Source: Zootoca vivipara (Eukaryota). From it: a DNA stretch of 64,000 nt. Positions 11,536 through 25,789 of the stretch are shown piece after piece. The notes under the pieces are model-generated. The model did no database searches. It was not told the origin of the DNA and saw only the letters and a list, made by a program, of their open reading frames with translations. Position 1 is the first letter of the stretch. Each line of letters opens with the position of its first letter. The position numbers and the translations under genes are program-made. The stretch spans positions 16,368,001-16,432,000 of the forward strand of contig NC_083292.1 of NCBI RefSeq assembly GCF_963506605.1, read 5' to 3'.

Positions 11536-11786
11536 CATGGGTAAGCAAACTAAGGCCCGGGGGCTGGATCCAGCCCAATCGCCTTCTAAATCCAGCCCAC
11601 GGAAGGTCCGGGAATCAGCATGTTTTTACATGAGTAGAATGTGTACCTTTATTTAAAATGCATCTCTGGGTTATTTGTGGGGCATAGGAATTCGTTCATT
11701 TCCCCCCCAAAAAATATAGTTTGGCCCCCTCCAGGGTCTGAGGGACAGTGGGCCGCCCCCCCCCCTGTGGAAAAAGCTGGCCCCTG
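11536..11786. mobile_element. Non-autonomous hAT (OposCharlie1/OC1-like)
   Basis: Near-identical to 57964-58213; degenerate CAGGGG...CCCCTG ends. Confidence 0.75.
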
Positions 11787-11951
11787 TGTAGTCAACCATT
11801 CTGTTTCCAATGCTAGCTAGTCATTTGCCTCTGGAAGAGAAGGGTATGGCTTTCCTGTGTTTATTATTATTGAGACGGGTAGCAGCACAAGAGCCCTACT
11901 GAATCAGACAATCTAGCCTACTATCCTGGCCTCATAGTGTCCAACCACATA

Positions 11952-12141
11952 CAGTGGTACCTCGACTTACGAAGGGGATCCGTTCTTCGGAAGTCGAATC
12001 GTCCATTTTGCGCATGTGCAAAGCGCGATTTTGCGCTTTGCGCACTCACAGACCATGCGCCCCGCTTCTGCGCATGCACAGATCGCTCACGCGGCGAAAA
12101 TACTTCCGGGTTTGTGGACTTCGTAAGTCGAGGTACCACTG
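11952..12141. mobile_element. Tc1/mariner MITE
   Basis: TA|CAGTGGTACCTCGACTTACG...CGTAAGTCGAGGTACCACTG|TA. Confidence 0.88.
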
Positions 12142-12268
12142 TACATGCCTATGGGAATTCAGCAAGCAGGACCTCAGCACAACAGCGCATATGCTCTCCA
12201 GCAGCTGGTATTGAGAGGCATAATGCCTCTAATGCTGGAAGTAGTACATGGTCATTATCTGCCTATGC

Positions 12269-12403
12269 CAGGCATCCCCAAACTTCGGCCCTCCAGATTT
12301 TGGGACTACAATTCCCATCATCCCTGACCACTGGCCCTGTTAGCTAGGGATCATGGGAGTTGTAGGCCAAAACATCTGGAGGGCCGCAGTTTGGGGATGC
12401 CTG
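12269..12403. mobile_element. hAT-type palindromic MITE
   Basis: TIRs with perfect 8-bp TSD GCCTATGC. Confidence 0.9.
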
Positions 12404-12978
12404 GCCTATGCATTTGCCTAGTCAGCTTCTAAAATCATCCTAGTTGTTAGATTCATTGAGCTTCTTTACTTGAGAACTTGGGATTTACGAGAACGAGTCA
12501 ATATAATGCTGAGATTATGATCAGCTTCAGGAGGGGAAAAAGGCAAAAGGAGAGAGTAGTCTGCCTGGGTCTCTTTGTCCTGTTACCAAACTTGCACAGG
12601 TGCCTAACTTGCTTGGTACCTTGATGCTTTGTCAGGTGGGGCTCCCCCCTCCCTTTCTCATAGTTTGAGTTTCCACTATTTTATTTTTACATTCCCAGCT
12701 AGCTTCTTCCAGCTGCTACCTGGAGAATCCATTTAACTACTGTATATTAATTTCTCTTGATTTTATTTATCTTGCTGCAAAAATAAAGCTTTTAGGTGGA
12801 CATCATTAAATTGAGAGGGAAGGCAGTGGAGGCCTGGAAAACAGGGACTAGCAAAAGGAATAGCAGCCTAGGATTCAGCTGCTGTCATCCCTCACACAGC
12901 AGCTTGCTTCTAACTTGCTCAAAACTGGCAGTCACCGTCTCTAAAGGCAGCTGGTATATATTGAGTTTGCAACGGTTC

Positions 12979-13023
<45 letters not shown>

Positions 13024-13155
13024 TTATTATTTATACCCCGTCCATCTAGCCGGGTTCCCCCAGCCACTCTGGGCGGCTTCCAACAAAACATTAAAATACA
13101 GAAATTCATCAAACATTAAAAGCTTCCCTAAACAGGGCTGCCTTGAGATGCCTCA
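12979..13155 (-). mobile_element. L2 LINE 3' end with (AAT)n tail
   Basis: (AAT)n at 12979-13023 followed by reverse complement of the L2 3' end seen at 59050-59122. Confidence 0.75.
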
Positions 13156-13280
13156 AGTGTTTAGTGTTTATTAACATGAACACAGCTTGCCTTGCCAAAT
13201 CCATGTTCTGGATCTCAGAATAGCACCGTGAAGCATCATAAATATGCTTACTTTATTCTTCATTCCACCTTTTTTCCCAG

Positions 13281-13369
13281 GCTCTTCAGGAGGCATATCG
13301 AGTCCTGAAACCAGGAGGGAGATTCCTCTGCCTAGAATTCAGTCATGTGAACAACTCCTTCATTTCCAG
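13281..13369 (+). CDS. COQ5: COQ5 exon 5
   Basis: [23 protein letters not shown]; AG/GT; 89 nt. Confidence 0.96.
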
Positions 13370-13749
13370 GTTGGGTTAGGGATTCTCTTTTTTTCATCCC
13401 CTTAAGCAAATGATGTTTACCTCCAGATGTTTTGAATTAGAACTCCCATCACCCCCGTTTGCCGGGACATAGGATTCTGGGGCTTGCAGGAGGATGGCTG
13501 TGCAGGCAGGGGCTGATGGGAGTTAGGGTTGGCAGATGAGGGGCCCCCCCCAACCCCCATCTTCCTCTTATCATAGCACTGGAGAAGACAGTCACTGTCT
13601 TTTCTCCTGTGCACTCTCCATTGCAGCACTGGGTTAGGAAGAGAGGTTTAAACCTTCTTAGTCCAGCACTGTAATGGGGAGGAGTGTGGTGTGGTCTATG
13701 TGCATGTGTGCGTGTTTGGTGGCATGTGGCCCCTGAAGGGCTGGCCAGC

Positions 13750-14070
13750 CTTGAAGTACCACTCTGTTCTGCCTTGGTCAGACCCTACCTGGAGTATTTT
13801 GTACAGTTCTGGGCAGTTTAAAATGGATATTGACAAGATGTTGGAAGATGTGCAGAAGGCAACCAAGAAGATAAAGGGTCTGGAAACCAAGCCTTGTGGG
13901 GAAGGTTTGAGGGAGCTGGATATTTTTAGCCTGACGATTGAGAGGTCATATGATAGCCATCTTCAAATATCTAAAGGGTTTGTCACATGGAAGATGGAGC
14001 AAGATTGTTTTATGTTGCTTCAGAGGGTAGGACTCGAATCAAAGGTTTCAAGTGGCAAGAAAGGAGATTG
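13750..14070 (+). mobile_element. CR1 LINE ORF2 C-terminal remnant
   Basis: TTGGTCAGACCCTACCTGGAGTATTTTGTACAGTTCTGG encodes LVRPYLEYFVQFW, a CR1 hallmark; frameshifted. Confidence 0.75.
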
Positions 14071-14071
14071 A

Positions 14072-14314
<243 letters not shown>

Positions 14315-14389
14315 TGAGGTGCACTGTGAAATGTTCAGGAATCCCAGAGTTTCATCACTTATTGAAGTATCGCCATTGTTGCATTTCAG

Positions 14390-14491
14390 GTAGAATTCAA
14401 GGAGATGATTGAAGATGCAGGCTTTCTGAAGGTGGACTATCAGAACCTGGGTTCAGGCATTGTGGCTATTCACTCTGGCTTCAAGTTATGA
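14390..14491 (+). CDS. COQ5: COQ5 exon 7 (terminal coding)
   Basis: VEFKEMIEDAGFLKVDYQNLGSGIVAIHSGFKL-stop; total CDS 957 nt; ATTAAA at ~14966. Confidence 0.96.
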   Translation, partial: VEFKEMIEDAGFLKVDYQNLGSGIVAIHSGFKL

Positions 14492-15653
14492 CTTTCGTCT
14501 TATAGTGTACAAGTTTCAAAATGAAAGGGTGGACTGAACTCTGATGGCCAAATTCAAATGGCTAGGCCTTGCAACACACTTGGCATCATGCCATCAAAGC
14601 ACACTAATCCCTTGGGGAATTATATTTCAGTTATCAGTCAGCTGCTGTATTCTGCTGCTGTAGTCATGTGACAGCTGGGTAAGCATCTGCCTCATCTTGC
14701 TATGGAACAACACATGAACCACTGGAAGATGCGACTTTTATTTCAGTGAGAATTTTTTAAAAAATATGATGGGTTTAGGCAGTTCTGTTCATGAGGGCAG
14801 CTGCATTTTAAGACTCAAGTAATTTCAATCATGTCAACCACCTTTTGTGTAGCCATGTGTGGCACCCACTAGCCTCAAAAAAAGGGTGTGCACTTACTGG
14901 GTAAAAGTCAGTGAAGCACCAGTCTGTCATCAGAGGTGCCAGTTGTGAGATTTCTTGCTGTATTTATTAAATATATATCTAAATTTTCAAATTTCTTTAA
15001 TTGAAATAAGACTTGTAGTTTGTTTGAACCTCAAAATGGATGTAGCCTCTGTGTAGAGGACAACCAATGGTACATACCCTAATTATGCTAGCTCTATTCT
15101 TCACAAATTCTTAATCCAAGATGGAGGTCCTCATCTACAAACTCTATTATTATTTCTTGAATTTATATACTGCCCTATACCCAGAGGTTTATGGCAACAC
15201 ACTCATAATCCTCATCTCCTGCTGTAATGTAAGCATGTGTAACTACAGTAACGACCATGTTATTTCTTCTCAAGAAAACTCTACCATATGAGGTTATGGA
15301 GCTGCCCCCCCCATCCTTTAAATAGTAGCATCATGTATGTGGTACTGCATGATTACAATATATTCATGTGAGGAGTTACATAAATATTGTTCCCGTGTGT
15401 GAAGAAAGCTTGGGCACTGCCATTCTTGGTGTAGTGCTGCATCTCCTGAACCCAAGCCCCTGGATACTGTTGAGTGGCAGTAGGTCTTCATGGACTGCCT
15501 GCCCTTCATAATCACCACTTTAGGCAGGATTGAATATCTACATTAGAAAGAAGAGTAACTAGCACAGAGGAGGAGCAAGCATTTGCACAAACTACATATT
15601 TAAAGTTTGATGAAGATGCAAATTGGGTCTCTGTACTACACCCTACAGTGAAA

Positions 15654-16127
15654 GCTAGATAGCTCAGTTGGTTAGAGCATGATGCTGATAAAGCCAAGGT
15701 TGCAGGTTCAATCACCATATAGGACAGCTGCATATTCCTGCATTGCAAGGGTTGCACTAGAATCCTCAGGCATGTCCAACAGGTAGATCGTGATCTACCG
15801 GTAGATCATTGGACGTCTGCAGTAGATCACTGGTAGATCATTGTCTCCCCACAAAGAAGCTGAACAACTGTGGCTCCCCTAAAAAAAGCTCTAAATTTTA
15901 CCTCCTCCCTGAAAAAACACAACAACTTTGGCCTGAAACCCCCCCCCCAAAATGGGCCTTCCTCCTTCCTCAAAAAAGCTCAACAACTTTTGACCTGAAC
16001 CCAAAAAAGTGGGTAGATCACTGCCAGTTTTTAACTCTGAGTAGATTGCAGTCTCTTGGGAGTTGGCCACCCCTGGACTAAATGATTCTCAGGGTCCCTT
16101 CCAACTCAACTCTGCAATTCTATGATT
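15654..16127 (+). mobile_element. tRNA-head/CR1-tail SINE interrupted by a hAT-type MITE (~15767-16075)
   Basis: TAGCTCAGTTGGTTAGAGC A-box, GGTTCAATC B-box, GGTCCCTTCCAAC...TTCTATGATT tail; CAGG...CCCCTG insert. Confidence 0.7.
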
Positions 16128-17641
16128 TTCTGGGCTGGCCTTTACTTCAACACCAAAATATGCAAATAATGTTCTAGTCTGGATGCTATTGACCTCCTAT
16201 CTACCCCCCTAAAAAGAGCAGGAGAGGAACTTGCAGGACTACCATCAGGTGATATATTTGCAATGAAAAGTAGTAGCAGCCACTGCAAAAAATTCTTAAC
16301 TACCAAAGAACTACCAACTCATTACAAATTAATGTTGCATTCTCCAAAGTTGCAAACATTTTCAAATGAAATGTTGAGCATGCACTCCAGTGTACAAAAC
16401 AGTAGGTCTTTGTAAAATGCTTGGTTTGGATTGTGGGAAAAGGAGATCTGACATATCAGTGAAACAAGCAGGAGCTGCACATCCTGCTAAGCTAGGTGAC
16501 ATTCTTTTTCCAAGCAGTGGTATGTTTTATTCTTTGGGCTTTAGACAGGCATTCTACCACTGTTCCTTACATCAAGATGCCCTATCAAAAATGAGATGCC
16601 AAAAAAAACAGGGCATGTATGCTACTGGGAACAAGTATTGTACGTAAATGCTTTTGATTACATTAGGCTAGAATGTTATGTATTAAAATATTCCATATTG
16701 GAATTTAAATAACCAGGCATCACTAAACATTTTTAGAGGCGACAATAAGTCTGGCACATATTTCTAACTAAAGAATCACACTGACCAGAATGTAATTTAA
16801 GTTCAGTTGTTCCTTTTGTGCACTGCATTAATCATCAAAACATGCATACTGGTAAGTAAAGATCATCCTTAGATACATCTTTGCAGGCATTAGATACACC
16901 CTAGATTGCAGTTCATGCAAAATTACTTGTAAAGACAATGAACACACTGGGATCCCTTCCAATTTATGCATAAACTTGTGCAACCTTGTACATACTTGCT
17001 TGAAAGTCCCACTGGATGAGTCAGTTATGTCATTTTACAAGTAAATATGCTTAAGAATCAGATGCAATACAGGGAATAGTTTACAGGTCCTATTGGCTCC
17101 AATGCTAGCGCTGTTTTGCCAAAGGCAAATCCAGTTCATTCAGTAGACTTAGAAAACTATGGCTCTCCAGATGTTTTTGGATTTGAACTCACACCAGTCT
17201 CAAGCAACATGGCTAATGGGTAATGGGGGTTGTAATCTTAAACATCCAGAAGGCCACAAGTTAGTCACCCCTGATTTAGGCAATTAATTTGCTATTTCAA
17301 GTCTGCAGTGCAAAGCTGGTAGTCGTAGGAGAGTTGGCCAAATATGGAAGTATTAGAACAAGCTCTTAAAGATTGAATGTATGCCCAAATGTTTTATTAG
17401 AAAATTAGGACTTGTGGGTTGCTTTTTGTAAAGAAAATACATACAAGATTACTTTTTTGCTATTTTTTTATGGCCACAACAAAAACACAAAATGGTACAG
17501 AGGAGTACCTGTCCATTAAAACAACAAAAGGCTTGAAGATCAAGGTATGTTCCCTGGGGAAGGCTGAAGACTTCAGTCTATTTGGAATTAGCGTGCAGTC
17601 CTGTAACCAAATGCATGTTTGGGGTGGAACAGTCCCATGTT

Positions 17642-17794
<153 letters not shown>

Positions 17795-19841
17795 TTAATA
17801 GCTTAGCTTCTCAAGAGAACAGCTTCACTCATGTGTTTGGAAAGAATATGCAATGCAGTCTTATAACCTCTTGAGCTATACATACAAGGAAAATGCAACA
17901 ACATAGTCCACTTTTGTTCTTGCCATGTATGAGACAATGAAAGACTGCTGTCCAGAAATTGAAACCAAAATAAAATACTGACATTAACTGGACTATTTTG
18001 GAGCAAGTAGCTTTAGAAGTGCTGCAGGGATATTCTATGCAACCCATACAGATGTTCAGGCAGTCTGGGTTTAGGAAGAGAAGTTACACACAGGTCCTAC
18101 TTTTGTAACGAAGTCCACCATTCCATCATTTCCTATGAAAATATTTCTAATCTGGGATTTCTCCAACCTCTCCCCCCACCCCCAAGTTCCTGAAATGTAT
18201 GCAGATAATCCGCAAGAGAACAGAGGAAAAAACAGATTTGCCTAACCCAGGGTTTCCAAAACTTAGATCTCCAGCTGTTTCTGGACTACAGTTCCAATCA
18301 TCCCTGACTAGTGGTCCTGCTATATAGGAATGATGAGAGTTGCAGTCCAAAACCAGCTGGAGACCCAAGTTTGGGAAACCCATGTCTTATCTCCCCTGCT
18401 CCGATTCCTTTGTTCTTGGCTCCCCACTTCCTCTCTCTCTCTCTGGTTTCTTCCCAAAAATGGCTGTTGCCAACTAGCAAAGCACAAACCAGCAAGGAAG
18501 TCAGTTGTTCGGATATCTGAGTCTGCAGTGCTCATAGCAAGGTTTTGGCAGAACTCTTTAAGGATAAGTGAATTTTTGCATCGCAAGCATGTGGATAAGC
18601 AGGACCTGCATGTACTGTATACAACTAATAATTAGTTGTATAATTCTACTTCACTTTGTACCTCACAAGATTTGGTAAGCATTTTATTCATAACTTGTCA
18701 TTTGGAAACCTCATCCAAAGCAACTATGACAGTATCAGCCAATCCTAAAGTTTTGGGGGGACAGTGTGACCAGGATATGGTGTGCTTAAAAAGGGCCAGT
18801 TATACATTGTTAGCACTGTAATTTCTTGTCTATATTTATTCTGAAAAATAATGTGAAAGAAATTGAGGGTTTATTATGGTAATGTTTTACTAAATCTTGG
18901 AAATACGGATTTTCTTTTAGAGGCTTGGAGCAGTTGATACTCAACCAATTTATATTAATACTGTATATTGCTTAGCAAATTTCAGAGTACTGATTTTTAT
19001 AGATATTAATCCCATCCTTGTAGCAGACTATGCATTTAATACACTACTATATCAGCTAATATTAAATCACTTGTGTCCCTCCCTGTACTTGAGTAGGATT
19101 CAATCCAGGGGTTTGCAAAGTTTTTGTGGCTTATTTCCGGCGTCCACAGCTTTCTGCAACCAATGGGAAGCCGGCCAGGTCCCTGTTCTGCTGTGCTGGT
19201 TTAGCATGGAGCACGGGAGCCGACCAAGTGGGCAATGGGGGTCCATGGGCCGGTTAAACGACCTCCTTGGGCCGCTTGTGGCCCACGGGTCTTAGGTTGC
19301 TGACCCCTGAATCAGACCAATCCTAAACATATAGTGGCTTATGCAGCAAGTCTTGAGTGTCTACCACATTTCCCCACCCCCACCCCATATGCATAACAGT
19401 CTGAGTGGCTAGGTTTGCACACTATTAAACTGTAAGTTAGTGCCTCTTCCAGTGTGACCACAAGCTGATTTTGCACTCAAACCATGAATTGTGGTTAATG
19501 AAAAAAGCCTACTTTGATTTGAAACCAACTTGCTTCCACTAATCATAATTATAACTAAAACTACACAGTATTTCCAAGTTATCATCATAACAAATTGAGG
19601 CTAGGTTAAAATAGAAGCAAAGGCTAACAAACTCTTCAAAGTCATGCTGAAGAAGATGGTAGCAACCAACCATGAGGCTTGCTGTGACCTGCCTTCGTAA
19701 TGCTGAATTGTTGCATAGCACTGTTGCAAATACAGGGTGTATCTTGCTACAACTTGTTAAAAGCTATGCTAAGGAATGTTTTAAGGTTCTGCACTTTTCT
19801 CATCTTCAAGGAACAAATATGTATGCTTCCACACTGTCTTA

Positions 19842-20189
19842 AGGTAAAGGGACCCCTGACGATTAGGTCCAGTCGTGACCGACTCTGGGGTTGCGTGCTC
19901 ATCTCGCGTTATTGGCCGAGGGAGCCGGCGTACAGCTTCCAGATCATGTGGCCAGCATGACTAAACTGCTTCTGGCGAACCAGAGCAGCGCACAGAAACG
20001 CTGTTTACCTTCCCGCTGTAGCGGTACCTATTTATCTACTTGCACTTTGACGTGCTTTCGAACTGCTAGGTTGGCAGGAGCTGGGACCGAGCAACGGGAG
20101 CTCACCCCGTCGCGGGGATTTGAACCGCCGACCTTCTGATCAGCAAGCCCTAGGCTCTGTGGTTTAACCCACAGCACCACCTGCGTTCC
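19842..20189 (-). mobile_element. Full-length Sauria SINE in DYNLL1 intron
   Basis: tRNA-related head and ACCTTT tail; TSD ACACTGTCTTA (19831-19841 and 20190-20200). Confidence 0.93.
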
Positions 20190-20512
20190 ACACTGTCTTA
20201 CTCATGCAGATATATGCCTGCCCACTGTCACTGCAGATCTGGCAAGCTTCTTGCAAGCTCTGCCAAAGTCAGAAGATCACAGATGCTTGACAACCCTCTA
20301 GGAACACAGACATGCAGTTAGACCACCCACATAGACTAGGCTGTAAAGGAAATGGAGGAAAATGTCCAACTATTCCCTGGCAGGCCAGAACACTCCTACA
20401 CATACAAAATCAGCTTTACCAGTTAAGAAATCTGTGGACACATGTTTAGTTAGAAATAATTTTAACTGTTCCCTCCCTCAGTCTGAATTTTCCTCTTGCT
20501 CTAAGAATTCTA

Positions 20513-20683
<171 letters not shown>

Positions 20684-22444
20684 CTACAAAGCACAATGGA
20701 CAATGATTCAAAATGATAACTGGTGCTGGTAGATCCATACACTACACCAGCTAAAAGTCTTTATAATGACTTAATTTCCAGAACCATCCAACCAATCTCT
20801 TAAACACACCCCAGAATTTGTTCTGGAGACACAAAGCTAATAAATATACATGCAGTTTATCTCCTCCCACCGTTTTAACAAATCAAGCATGTAAGATCAA
20901 ACATATAATTTATTTCTGCAAGAAGAGACCAATATGCTCAACACTTTGTGTGCCAGATGTACTTCAGTAAAACACAGACCCCACCTTGGGGGTTGAGCTG
21001 AACAACCTACACGCTACTTAAATTAGACTGAACAAATGCAGTGTGTTGCAGGCACCTTTTGCTGAGCTTGGATCATTATAGGAGGACCTAATTGGCCACA
21101 GATGTCTGAGTTGCCCCACCCACTGATGGGAATGCAGACAAAGGTATTCTCATCACTATACCCACAGACTTAACTGTCTTCACCCTCAAGCAGGAATTCC
21201 ACATTTTCTTACATCCTAGAACTACTTGCCCACAAGATACCCTTTGTACAGCTCACAAGAGGTCTCCCTCCCATCATACAAGATTCCTAACGCCTTCTAA
21301 ATTATTTTGATTCCTTTCTTCTCCAAACTTTTTCTGTATTGCTTCAAGTCACACAACATCTAGCACATTATTTTAAGATTACTTCAGAGATTAAATGACG
21401 CAATTAAGGGACTTGTTCTATTTTTTAAAAATACAAAATTGCAGGGATGGACATGGGGACTAGTTTAAAGAAGTTGTACAATGCTTTGCAAAGTTACAAA
21501 CAATCTGATAATGTCTTCATCAGAAACTTTCCCACCATCACCCCTCCCAACATCATCATTAGACATTTAACATCCTCCCTAATTTGCCTATTTTACCCAC
21601 AAGGCTTCAGGGATTCCTTGCCACACCCACACAATCATACTATGCCTTTTAAGTAAGCCTTTTCTCTCCCATACACACTCTACAAACTGAAGTGTCAGTG
21701 TCTTGAGAAAGTAGGAATTACACAATACCTAACACACTAGATAATACAGTGCAATCCACCACAAATCCTACCCCTCCTGAAAAATATATGCCCAACATAT
21801 TCAGAAAACATACTCCTGTTACCTCCCTTCCTATTTATTCCCTTCCCTAGTTATTCATTGCAAACCAAAGAGGAGCTGGCTGTGGTTTCCTCAATAGTTG
21901 GACCCCACATGGCACAAAACTAAGAATACTTTCAAGCATTTCTTTTTAAATTTCTCTCTGAAGTCTAAAAATTATGCTGCAAAAACAAAAAAAGGTGCAA
22001 CAGCAGCATACCATCAAATAATTAAAAAGAAACGCTGCCTTGCAAAATCTTCCTCCTCCTCCATCAGGTGACCCTCAAACACACTACGGGGCTCCCCAGT
22101 TTGAGTCTTCATTCAAAATAATTAAGATAATCAGAAGCAGCAAAATCAGCCAACTGTACGGGTTCACATGAGGTGGGGAAGAGAGGATAACTGTCCAAAA
22201 TGCAGTTGGCCAAAACACTTATTTAAAAGGTTGCAAAATAAGCTTGCAAGCATCCAAGTTCTCCAGAACCCTTCATGATGCCAACACTTTATGAACTGTG
22301 CTTAAAAGTCATTTCTATACCACTTTCTAATTCCACCCCTCTCCCTCTAATTTAGATTGCACAGACTTAAGGAATTCATTTATTTTAAAAACTTTTTTAA
22401 AGTTTTGCATTGTTATGTCTTTTAATGGTCTGTAAAACTGCCTG

Positions 22445-23160
22445 GAGAACCCAACTTTACAAGAAAAAATCTATAATAAATGAAATGGAGGAACAACGAT
22501 TACCCATGATTCCGATTCAGTTGCGCAGATTTATTTATAACTCCTCCCAAGGGGTTTCCCCCCACCCCAAAAAAGTTTACATTTTACATATTCTGAGAGC
22601 CCAACTTATATATGAGCAGAACACAAACGTCTTCGATAAATCTAATAACCAACTGATAATAATCCCACACCATGACCTGCTTTAATGGATTTTTAAAACG
22701 CCATTTAAATTTTGTACCGTATTAGAATTATTCAAACGGCCTGTGAACATTCCAGAGAACCCAACTTTTATAGGATCAGAATTGCAAGCTATACTAATAA
22801 TAATAATACCGTTTCTTCTCCTCCTCCCCCCCCCACGCCCCTCACACTCCCATCGCCTTCTGCACTTCAGCAGTCCTTGTACCGCACCAATATGTATCTG
22901 TATTTTCAAACGGCCTCTGGGCAGCTCGCAGAACCCAACTTTTTGAAGGCCAGAATTACATACCAAACTACTGTATTGCTACTAATGATAATAATAATGT
23001 CATCTCCCCCTCACACACACCCCCATCGTCTCCTCCTCGACAGTTCAAGTAATCGTAATGTCACTTTATATATCATTTTCTAACGGCCTCTGGACTGTCC
23101 CACAGAACCCAACCGACACATGGCCGGAATCACACTATAACTCTCCTAATATTAATAATG
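22445..23160. repeat. Degenerate ~150-174 bp tandem repeat in DYNLL1 intron 1
   Basis: (G/C)AGA(A/G)CCCAAC(T) recurs at 22445, 22595, 22755, 22929, 23103; TTC(A/T)AACGGCCT at 22731, 22905, 23078. Confidence 0.7.
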
Positions 23161-23720
23161 TCCCCCAACCGCCCCCTTCCATCATCTCTGCCGACGCCAT
23201 TATAATTTCCGCGCTTAAAAACCTCGCCGCCGCGCCTCACCGTGTGCTTCTGGTTAGCGGCGGCTCCTGCGGCTGCTTCCTCCGAGAACGACGGCGGCGG
23301 CGGGCAGGGACGTTGGTGGAGCGGACGAGCAAGTTGTCACCTCGGCGCTCCTCCGGAGGCTGCCCCCGTCGCGTAACGAGCTGAGGAAACCCGCGCGCGC
23401 CTCGCCTCTGCCTTCGCCCGCGAACAAGCCTCGAGTGCTGCCTGGCAGCGGCCACGCCCAGCCCAGCTCGCCGCCAGCCGCCATTGGCCACGACAACAAT
23501 ACTCCTCTGAGACTATTGGCCGCCTCTCCTGAGCCTCCCGTAGAGTTTTATTGTTGCATTTTGTTGCGGGCCGGCATGCACCGCGCCGGCGTCCGTTGCT
23601 GTGGCGACGGGGCCTGGTCAGCCAGGCGGGCCACGAGGCGGAGAGCAAGGAGGCGGCGCTGCTGTGGGCTCCCTTGCAGGATCAGGCAAGCCGCAAATCG
23701 GTGGGTGCGCCAGCAAACAG
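23160..23720. promoter_or_regulatory. DYNLL1 CpG island promoter
   Basis: CpG-rich; two CCAAT boxes (ATTGG ~23483, ~23515); X-box-like GTTGCTGTGGCGAC 23595-23608. Confidence 0.8.
23241..23330 (-). other. DYNLL1: DYNLL1 non-coding exon 1 (5' end approximate)
   Basis: ACG|GTGAGG donor at 23240 inside CpG island. Confidence 0.7.
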
Positions 23721-24777
23721 CAAGATTCCTCTGAAGAACTGGGAGAGAGACGTTCTGGATGGCACTTCTGCAAGCTTAATGCTTCTGAGCATATGCATGT
23801 ATAAAATCAGAGAGAACAGTGTTCCTGAGCATGTGCAGAATGTAATTACTTTGTGATTCGGGGTGCTCCTTCAACTGTTAGCTGTACGTTGTTGCTTTTA
23901 GATACTGTTATCTCTCTTTTTTGTTGTATTGCATACAGTCCAATATGGACTAATATGGTAGGAGGTATAGAAATGTTTTAATAAAAAGTAAGTAAACTGT
24001 TCAGAGGCTCCCTGCCTTGTGGAGTTAGGTGGTGCCCTCTCTTACCTGGAAGGAGATCGCAGGTAAGTCTCATGAGCGCGTGAGGCTTGGCCCCTACCCT
24101 TGGGCTGTAGGACTAGCAGGGCAGCTGGGGAAACTTAACTGCCTGGCGCATTGGGACACTTTCCTGGCCCAGCATCACACTCGCCTCAAAAAAAATTGCC
24201 CAGCTAGAATATGACCTTGATCAATTATCATACTTATTGCTTGCCTTAATGGAGAACAGAGGGTGTATGGTTGTGAAGAAGCTAGCCTAGAGTACAAAAG
24301 TAAAATTCCCATTCCTTGCTCAGCCAAATGTTTGCTTCTGATCATGCCCACCTTTGCCTCTGGCCCTACCCAACAAAGGCCCCTGGAAGCTTACCCATAA
24401 TTGAATGCAGCTGTCTACTGAAAAATATTTCCCTGCTTCTGCTGTAAAATTGTTCTACGATAAGCTCCTCTCTGAGATAATCTTTTCAAGTCCAGAACAT
24501 CATGTGGCTTTGCACAGTGTGCATTACAGCACAGCCACACACCCATGTGACACATAAGTGTGGTATGACTGCAAATAACATACACATCAATAACTGCTTG
24601 AGTGGAACTTTTTAATATACTGTACCAGCAACTGGCTCAAGAATGGAAAGCAGAACGTAGGAGTGAACTGACAGTTCTCACACTGTCTGGGAATTAAGCA
24701 TAAGAAGAGCTCTGCTGGATCAGGCCAATGGCCCATCTAATCCAGCATCCTGTTCTCACAATGATCCACCAGATGCC

Positions 24778-25301
24778 TGTTATAATAATTTTAAGGTCTT
24801 ATATACCGTATATATTAATGTTCATAAATGTACCAAGCAAACACATACAAATATGTAAACCACATGTCTGAAAACCCACAGAAAAGTCCTGAAACCATTT
24901 TCTCTCTCCCAAAATGACCTCAAATATTTCTCTGCAAGGTCAAAGGAAATGGGAAGTCTCCCCATTGTCTCTTTCACAAATCCTTTCAAAGGCACATTTA
25001 AGATATGAATAGGGTATGTGACCAGGTCCTCCAATCAAGCAACCTAGCAGACAATATAAAAAAACAACCCACTTAGATTTCTGTTGCGTGCATGGCTCGG
25101 GGGTCCCCCCCCTTGTGTGTGGGGGGGGAGCACCCTGTTGCAACAGCTTTAATAAAGATCAGGCTTACTAGCTGCTTTGCTTCTCAATATTCTCTGGTTG
25201 ATCTCTGTTATTTTCTCCTACCGATAGAGAACCTACAAAGGACTCTATATGGGCTCTTGGGTACCCCATAATGGAATAGGAGCAGCTTTTTTCTCATAAC
25301 A
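24778..25301 (+). mobile_element. Solo LTR
   Basis: TGTTAT...ATAACA termini, AATAAA at ~25151, 4-bp TSD TGCC; homologous to 29242-30094 and 60446-61579. Confidence 0.85.
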
Positions 25302-25789
25302 TGCCCATTATGGAAAAATGGCCAGCAAGACCTGAGCACTCTCCCCATCTGCAGTTTCCAGCAGCTGGTATTGAGAAGCATTACTGTCTCCATCTTTGGA
25401 AGCAGAATGTAGCCATGAATTTGTCTAATCCTCTCTTAAAGCCATTGAAGTGGTCATCACTGTCTCCTGCTGGAGCAAGTTCAATAGTTTAACTGTGCAA
25501 TCAAGCGAATATCAACAATCTGTGTTGGTAAGGGATTAATGCTGTTAAATGCTCTGAAGTCAAGGGTCAGCTGGTGGGCATCCATCTGTCTTTGGAAACA
25601 ATGGAAGAGAGCACCTTCAGGACTGAAGTCAAACTGTTAGAGATTTACGGTGCCTGCTGTGGCTGTAGAGATGGATACAGGAGAGACATGTTTTGTTGCA
25701 GCTGGAGCAGATGAAGGCATCCGGTTTTGCTGGTACAGATGCACCATGGCCTTTCTTATTGCTGCATTCCTCCCAGCGGTCATGCATGT

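Noticed and set aside
15654-15725. tRNA-like sequence with A and B boxes
   Set aside because: Continues into a CR1-type tail; SINE head, not a tRNA gene.
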